Source: Vairimorpha necatrix (lineage: Eukaryota). Taken from it: DNA of 64,000 nucleotides. Positions 57,056-64,000 of the stretch are shown one piece after another. The stretch covers positions 434,001 to 498,000 of the forward strand of contig CP142731.1 of NCBI GenBank assembly GCA_036630325.1, read 5' to 3'. The translations under genes and the position numbers were made by a program. A model generated the notes under the pieces. That model worked only from the letters and a program-made list of their open reading frames with translations, made no database searches and was not told where the DNA came from. Within the stretch, counting starts at the first letter, position 1; each line of letters begins with the position of its first letter.

Positions 57056-57979
57056 AACGATTGTGTCCATAATGACACTTACTATGTAGAGTTTGTACTT
57101 CCAATTTCATTGACTGTACCTTACTCTCTACAACTACCCTATTATGTAAGCCAGAAATATCTCTTAGAAAGAGAATATTATCTGCAAGAAGGAACTTTTC
57201 GGCATTTTACCTCGGCCTATACCTTGCTTGTTTGTCGATGATCGTGGTAAAATCATCTCCTTAAACGATTTTTACCAGAAGATCATACTCTTCTTGAGTT
57301 TTGATTCTTTTCATTGATGGGATAAAAAAATATTTTCCAAAAAAGTTAAAATTTGTTTGAATATACTAATTTTTCTTTATGCTTAAGCTTTTTGGCTCAG
57401 TGGTTACTATTGCGTCTTTGACTTTAGTATTTTGGATCAAGCATCATATGGGTAAAAATTTAGTAGAAAAATTAAAAATAGTTCACGTGATACAACTAAC
57501 GAAACTTGGCATAAATTATGAAAATATAGATCATAAATAAAAATTAAAAAATACAAGAAAATAATCTGGTAACAGTCCGGCTCGGGCAACCAGTTGGGCT
57601 CGCGACATTTAATACTCCAATAACACCAAGTTTTTTAATAACATTTTACATACAACAGAATGTACTTCGTTTTTATATTATTGAAATATAGGTTGCTAGT
57701 AATTTTGGCCTTCGCTTTTCTATTTTTAAAACTCATTTTGTGTTGTAATTTTATAAAAATTGAATGTCCAAAAAAATCGATTTAAAAGTATACAACCCTA
57801 TGTCATATATATATTGGACGCATCCAACGGCGGAGCTCGTGTGCCACAATAATGCAAAAATAATTAAAAATGATAGAATTTTGATATCAATAAATTTAAA
57901 AGAAAATCGGAAATTGTGTAAAAAAAACATCAGTTTAAAATTTAATTGGCCCTTTTACAGGGAAAGAAAAGAATGAATG

Positions 57980-59117
57980 GGTCAATTTCCACTTTACACT
58001 CCCCTTCTACATATAAAAATACAAATTTTAAAAATATCCCTTTTTTGGAAAACCAAAATGGAAAAAAAAGGAGGAGAAAATTTTAAAATAATAAATTTAT
58101 TAATTCATCAAAATAATTAAGTTTTGAATTTCTAAGCAACATAAATCTTAATAAATAGGGTAGTATTAAATCTTTTGTTATACATCTTACCGGTGTTATG
58201 CGTCTAACGGCAGACCAATTCCCTTCTATAGTGTTAGTATGAACACCTGTGATAGGATCTACAATCACTTACTATGGTTAACTGTTTTGTGAGACCCAAG
58301 TCTCGATCATTTTCGAATATCCTTTCCACGTATCAGAATAGACTGTTGATTGTTTATCAACATATGTGGAAATTAGACTTAATAACGTATCTTTATCTTT
58401 ATTTGGAACAGGAACTAAAAGAATTTTTCTTTCTAAAGTCCTTTCGACCATCCTAAATACCCACACTCCCTCTACTTTATGTCCAACGTTGTATTTACGA
58501 TTTCCAAATTTGCTTTCGTCTACTTCGACTATTATCTCCGAACCGCCTAGTGTTCCTTTTGCCTTTTTCATGTATTTATGATAAACTTCATCAAGCAAAA
58601 ACTGTTGAAGACATCTCGATACAATGCTGGGTGAAATACTTAACAACTTGGCGATTAGGAGAGGCGGAATTTTCGTAAGCCAGAGGTTTAGAATCTTTAA
58701 CATTAGTATATAATCCAAGTGGGTTTTTGCAAATATCGTATCTGTAAAAAGGTTCCTCTCTTTTTTTTTGCATTTTTTACCAATGTATCTGACAGCGTTT
58801 CCCTTTTGCTGTATTTTCTTAACATCTTTACCACATTTGCTGCATTTTTTAAAAAGTTTTTCTTTTATCTTTTCGTATGCTATGTTAATTTCCTCGTTGG
58901 TAAGCATAAAATAGGGTACAGGAAAAAAAATCTATAATCGGTGCTACTAAAGAACTAAGAACTTATTTTTACTTATAAAACAAAGAAATAAGTCCAATAA
59001 ATAACTTATTCGATTGTTTTGTTTATTCATTATCTATAAAAAAAACAAAATATATACTAATAAATATGTAACATAAGGTGAATTATAGTATCATATTTGT
59101 TTTTATATGGTAAAATT

Positions 59118-59155
<38 letters not shown>

Positions 59156-59297
59156 CATTTGTATAAAAGATAATTTAAACAGTACTTTTTTTATTTTTTT
59201 TCTCCTCCTTTTTTTCCATTTTGGTTTTCCAAAAAAGGGAAATTTTTAAAAATTTGTAATTAAATATGTGGGGGGGGGTGTAAAGTGGAAATGCTCC
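57980..59297 (-). mobile_element. Merlin DNA transposon (transposase 58907-58083, one frameshift)
   Basis: ~100-bp imperfect TIRs; VEVDESKFG, YSDTWKGY, HTNTIEGNW motifs; TSD degenerate; (AT)n tract in the 5' part. Confidence 0.9.
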
Positions 59298-60659
59298 GAG
59301 TGATGCTATAAATTATGATATGGAAGATTTTTACATCTGTTTGGAAGCATCAGATGTATACAAAAAGCATGAAATATGTCATTGCACGTTCATAGTATCT
59401 AATGAAACTGCCCGTTTAGATTTTAGAATTCCAAATGTGATAAGGGGTTAAATTCGATATTATTATTATTTTAAGACGATTCGTAGGCGTTTATTTGTCT
59501 TAATAATATTGAATTTAAGGACACAAAAAACTATTCAACATATATATATATATATTAAGAATATTAGAGTGTATAAAACAAGATGTAACTTACATATTAG
59601 AAAAAATGTGTGTGGTATTTGAATAATATAGAAAGATGTGAGATAATTCCTTAATAGAGAATGAAACGTTTCAAAATAAAAATGATGAAGGATATAAAAA
59701 GAAAGCTCATATTGTTTTAGTATGTTAAGTGGTTCAAGAAAAAGAAAATCGTTGTAATAACAAATAAAGTCCGTTACGATTTATTGTTGATTTTTATTGT
59801 TCAAATATATATTTTTTCATTCATTGTTTCGTGGAGAGATTGCATAACCTTTAAAGATAATTATAGTACTACAAAGTTGTGAATTGCAGTCTAACACTAG
59901 AATATTTAAACAAATTTTTTAACCCTTCATTATAAAATGATTTTTATCATCACTTCACAATATCAATAGATGTGTGACATATTTACTTGTTTAAATCTAT
60001 TTGTCTAATTATATGAAATATTCAAAAGCGTGAGGATTTTTCCTTAAATTCCTCTTAACATATGAATAGTAAAAATATATATTTTAGCTTGATTTTGAAA
60101 CTTAGAAAAAAATGTGAAGTTGCAATTTCGAAAAATTGTTTTTTAAATCGCATAAATCTCAAAAATTTAGTTTTTTTTCTTGTTTTATTACATTTATCTT
60201 CTCCTATTTAATCGAGACTTCATTCTATTATCACATTCATCGTATAATAAAATAAGTCTTGATCAGCAAAAACTCAAAAGGGCTAAATTCGAATATAGTT
60301 GCGGATTTTCGATATATTGGCTCTTTTTTCGAGTAAAAAAGGTCAAAAAAAAGAAAAAACTCTATATCGAAATTCACTTTATACTCGACTTGAACAAAAA
60401 AAACGACAATGGACGATTACAATATTACAAATGATATTGTCTTCCAGTGTTTATGTCGTTATTTCGAAAACCTTACAAGAGCTCTTGCTTCTTTCTAGAA
60501 ATCTAAAAAGTATTTCTCCACATCTCTTTATACAATATACTCAACTAGTTTTAGTATGATAATAGTTAAAATATGAAAAATTACATTTAGGAAAAAGTTT
60601 ATGTTCTTCAAAGCATATATATAAAAATTTATTGAGATATTTTACCCCAAAGCTTATAT

Positions 60660-61974
60660 ATTAATAGCACGGCTTTCCCCGGTATCGCTCATGGGATTAA
60701 GCTCTATACAGACTTTGGTTTCTATGGAATTATTTATGTTTTTCAACTTTAAACTTTCAGCTTAATTCCTCTTTCCCGACACCACTTCTTTAACAGTTGC
60801 CATATTCGCTAGTGCGCTTACAGCTCTAGCCACTTCTTCCTCTCCTGCATCCTCCTAACCATAACCTCGTTGTCGTTCCAAAGAGATGAACTCTAGAGTC
60901 TTCTTCATTACAATAGATTTGATATATGCATCCAGGTAGGGTTAGATTTCCAGATCCCGATGTAATTATGTGATATTTGTTCACCGCTCAATTCCATGTC
61001 ATTACATAAGGAGCTATACTTGTCCAGGATTTATTTATTAGTCCCAGTTCATATGCAAGAAGGTCCATGTTCTAAGTTTGCCGTTCTCGGCTATAGTAAG
61101 TCGATCCCGGAAGGTTGTACCAACTTTAACTATTTAAATTTCTTTCTTCTTCTTGTCAAACACAAGAATATCAGGCTTATTATGGGTCACCTTTATATTA
61201 GTGAATATTCTCGTATCTACTCTTATGTCTGCACGATCATTTTCCATGATATCTTGTACTGAGTGTCCACGTGTTTTTTTTTGTCCTTTTAAACCCATAT
61301 TTATTACATAGTAAGAGATGAATGCATCTAACTACCTCGTTGTGTCTTTTCATATAATCAAAGCCATCATTCGATCACACTTGGGAGGTAAATGATCCAC
61401 GGTCTTCCTATGAGATCCATAATGGGAACATTGTCCTTCTTGGCCACAGAAAATAGTTCTATTCTGTAGGAAGCAGTAAATTGCTTCGGATTTAGCCCGA
61501 TTGTTTCCTTTAACCAGCCAGTTAGAAGAGTCCTTAATGCTGACCAAAATATTGTCACTGACCTTCAAAAATTTTCCATGGTTTGTCCTTATGTCAATTT
61601 TGTTGTATAGCGCTTCTTTTTGTGATTCTATTAGCATCTTCTAGGTTATCTCTCCTACAAAGCTATACCTAATCCTTAGATACTCGTTAAATGTAAACAA
61701 GTGGGATTTGCTCTATGTCTCTACTTTAAGTATCGCTAACAGTCTTAGTGAGCTCTTTCTAGAACCATCTAATGTTATTTAAATATTCAGAAGCATACCT
61801 TCGCTTCTATCTTCGATACTTATGAGACCTCTACCCATTTCGGATCTAGGTAGGTATAGTCTTTCCTTGCAGGCAGGCAGTAGATGGACCTGGTACTTGA
61901 TAAGTACCTGTCGTATATCAAAATCAAGATTTTTGTAATCTATTGGTTCTAATTTTAATAATCCTAAATGCTAG
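60660..61974 (-). mobile_element. 3' portion of a degenerate RLE-type (R4/Dong-like) non-LTR retrotransposon
   Basis: ERLYLPRSEMGRGL, CCHC-like QCSH..RKTVDHL..KC, HNEVVRCIH, NKPDILVFDKKKKE, PYVMTW; interrupted by the next gypsy. Confidence 0.85.
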
Positions 61975-61976
61975 TG

Positions 61977-64000
61977 TGATGACTTTTATTAATGAATGTG
62001 AAACATCATCACATTAATCATTTAGTTTACAATATTTTCTCAAACTAAATGTCATTCATTTGTTTGTTTGTTTACAAACAATTAAATATTTAAAAATAGC
62101 CCCTCACCAAAAAAAAGGATGATGAACCATAAAAATAATAAATCTCAATATAGTAAAAATAACATGTACAAACAACAATTAAATAATCTCATTGAGACGT
62201 ACCTCCGCTTGGGGTACGTCAAGTTGAATTCAACGAGTGAAATCCCAAGCAAGGTGAAACTGTCGAAATACCAAGGGAAGCAGGCAGAAAAACTAAAAGG
62301 AAAATATATTACATTTGAAACCAAAATAGAAGGTTTAGAACAAAGGTTCACTACAGACATCTATTACATTGAAGATATACGGTCAATAGATATTATAGAA
62401 TGGTTAAAAGAGATCGAGAAAATCTCAGAAGAAAACCAATGGAATTCTAAACAGCTCATGATGGTAATTAGGAAAATGAGTAAAGACTCATTGATCGAGC
62501 AAGAGAGGATAGTGGAAGATTTTTTCTCCACACGCGATTATCTGATCGGTCTTAGATTTCCGATAGAACATAGCAGAAGCATATTAACAGAACTAGCTTC
62601 TATCAAACAGTTAAGCTATGAAACCATACAAGAATACGTTCAAGAAATTAAGGAACTTGTTAACATTTATGCTGTAATTAATAAACTTTCAAAAACAGAG
62701 TTCAATAGGCGAGTAGAAGAGACTTTTTACAATGGACTTGGTCCATATACAGATGGAGAGCTTTTCAAGCATGAATTTAAAGACTATAAAGATGCAATTA
62801 GATTTCTTTACACGTTAGAAAAGAAAATAGTATCTAAACAAGTAATACTAGAGAAGAAAGTTTTAGATCCTATAAGGAAAGAACCCTATAAAGGGACTTT
62901 AGAGGTAGTAAGCAATAACAAGTGGTGCAAATACCACAAGAAGAATGATCACGATTCAAAGGATTGCGAGACTTACCAGAAATTTATAAACGAAAAAATT
63001 AAGAATAGGGATGAAAAACAGAAAGGAGAGACTAGGAACTTGATTATTAGCGAGAAAGGAATAAATACTAAAACACCCGAACTACAAGGGGTAATTAAAA
63101 AATACCAAACGTCATTTTTTATGGACTCGGGAGCTTCAAGGAACTTCATAAAAAGAGAAGTTGCCCTTAAGCTAAAAATACCTATCGTCGAGGATTCTCC
63201 AATAACTATAAAATACGGAAATGATGACATGGAAGAGTGTACTGAGACAGTTAATGAGGAAATTAAAATAATAGGAGCTAAGTCAAGCCACGTAGTTAAA
63301 TTTTACTTACTGAATAACTTACCAGTCGAATTTGTATTAGGAAACGAATTTCTTAGTAGTAACGAAGTAATAATGAATTATAAGAATCAGACTATAATAA
63401 TCAACGGTGATGTGATCAGTACAAAGAACCAAGAAGACAGTGAATCAGACATCGAAGATTTAGATAAAATTTTAATTGAAAGCCTGTGTCTGTCTTTAGA
63501 AAATCTCAATAACGACGAATTAAAACGTTTCATTTATTCATATGTAAAAACCAATTCTTCTTATAAACAAATAAAAATAGCACCGATAGAAATAAGGATG
63601 AGACAAGACATTAAAACACCTAAACCAAAATTCTACAGTGTTCCACATAAACATACAGTCGGAGCTAAACGAGAACTACAAAGGTTACTAGAAAATGATA
63701 TAATCGAACTCTCAGATTCGCCATATGCCAGCCCGGCATTTTTAATAGAAAAAAAGAATAAAGATTTGAGACTGGTGGTCGATTATAGAGAAATAAACGA
63801 ATATGTCATAGATGAGGTTGCGGCAATACCCAATATAACAGAAAATATTATGCAAATGGGAAGCGCTAAATGGTATACAAAAATCGATCTGAAGAACGGT
63901 TTCAACCAACTATACATAAAACCCGAAAGTCGGAAATTTACGGCGTTTACATTATTGGGAAGACAATACCAATACAAAAGGGTCCCATTTGGAATTCGTT
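61977..64000 (+). mobile_element. Ty3/gypsy element, palindrome-PBS type, running off the window
   Basis: 5' LTR ~61977-62221 (start uncertain by ~2 bp); GTTGAATTCAAC at 62223-62234. Confidence 0.88.
62119..64000 (+). CDS. Gag-Pol polyprotein, partial (absent from the ORF track because there is no stop in the window)
   Basis: Open frame from ATG 62119: WCKYHKKNDHDSKDC, MDSGAS, SPAF, LRLVVDYR, KIDLKNGFNQ, YKRVPFG. Confidence 0.9.
   Translation, partial: MMNHKNNKSQYSKNNMYKQQLNNLIETYLRLGYVKLNSTSEIPSKVKLSKYQGKQAEKLKGKYITFETKIEGLEQRFTTDIYYIEDIRSIDIIEWLKEIEKISEENQWNSKQLMMVIRKMSKDSLIEQERIVEDFFSTRDYLIGLRFPIEHSRSILTELASIKQLSYETIQEYVQEIKELVNIYAVINKLSKTEFNRRVEETFYNGLGPYTDGELFKHEFKDYKDAIRFLYTLEKKIVSKQVILEKKVLDPIRKEPYKGTLEVVSNNKWCKYHKKNDHDSKDCETYQKFINEKIKNRDEKQKGETRNLIISEKGINTKTPELQGVIKKYQTSFFMDSGASRNFIKREVALKLKIPIVEDSPITIKYGNDDMEECTETVNEEIKIIGAKSSHVVKFYLLNNLPVEFVLGNEFLSSNEVIMNYKNQTIIINGDVISTKNQEDSESDIEDLDKILIESLCLSLENLNNDELKRFIYSYVKTNSSYKQIKIAPIEIRMRQDIKTPKPKFYSVPHKHTVGAKRELQRLLENDIIELSDSPYASPAFLIEKKNKDLRLVVDYREINEYVIDEVAAIPNITENIMQMGSAKWYTKIDLKNGFNQLYIKPESRKFTAFTLLGRQYQYKRVPFGIR

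Larger units (their letters stand above)
53741..57607 (-). mobile_element. Ginger-like DNA transposon B, pseudogenised, with nested Merlin
   Basis: 23-bp TIRs TGTC(A/G)CGAGCCCA(G/A)CTGGTT(A/G)CC (20/23); integrase 57314-54488 with HSKCHYGHNR..CNVC, IIDLVD, QCDNGKEF, QSQGQVER. Confidence 0.85.

Noticed and set aside
42245-57607. Complete Polinton/Maverick or virophage
   Set aside because: No pPolB, capsid, packaging ATPase or protease gene and no enclosing TIRs seen; the integrases have their own TIRs.
13608-63977. Numerous antisense ORFs of 60-160 aa (e.g. 13608, 29298, 39349, 45007, 48226, 62973)
   Set aside because: Opposite-strand shadows of real genes or TE ORFs, with biased F/L/S/I composition.

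Overview
AT-rich eukaryotic DNA, most likely from a microsporidian (Nosema/Vairimorpha-like). This is inferred from compact intronless genes, CCC motifs just upstream of ATGs, and reduced, divergent orthologues. Bases ~1-19.4 kb are host genes: an acidic secreted-type ORF, Rpn2, a Nup98/Nup145N-like nucleoporin, TFIIA-gamma, a polo-like kinase with a PLK4-like C-terminal box, SF3B14/p14, an ARID protein, a lineage-specific secreted-type protein and an AP mu-like protein. This block also holds a ~790-bp GC-rich tRNA-headed SINE. From ~21.5 kb to the end I see no host gene, only nested mobile DNA: eight Ty3/gypsy copies or fragments plus solo/partial LTRs, five Merlin (IS1595/ISXO2-like) elements, two Ginger-like integrase transposons, a MULE remnant and an RLE non-LTR remnant. 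Three observations stand out. (1) A virus-like Zn-finger + D5/SF3 helicase gene can be reassembled from three pieces once two TSD-flanked LTR elements are removed. (2) Four divergent gypsy elements have no tRNA primer-binding site and instead share a TTGAATTCAA palindrome right after the 5' LTR. (3) The SINE has an R1-LINE-like tail and may be foreign. All calls come from reading motifs by eye; no database searches were run.
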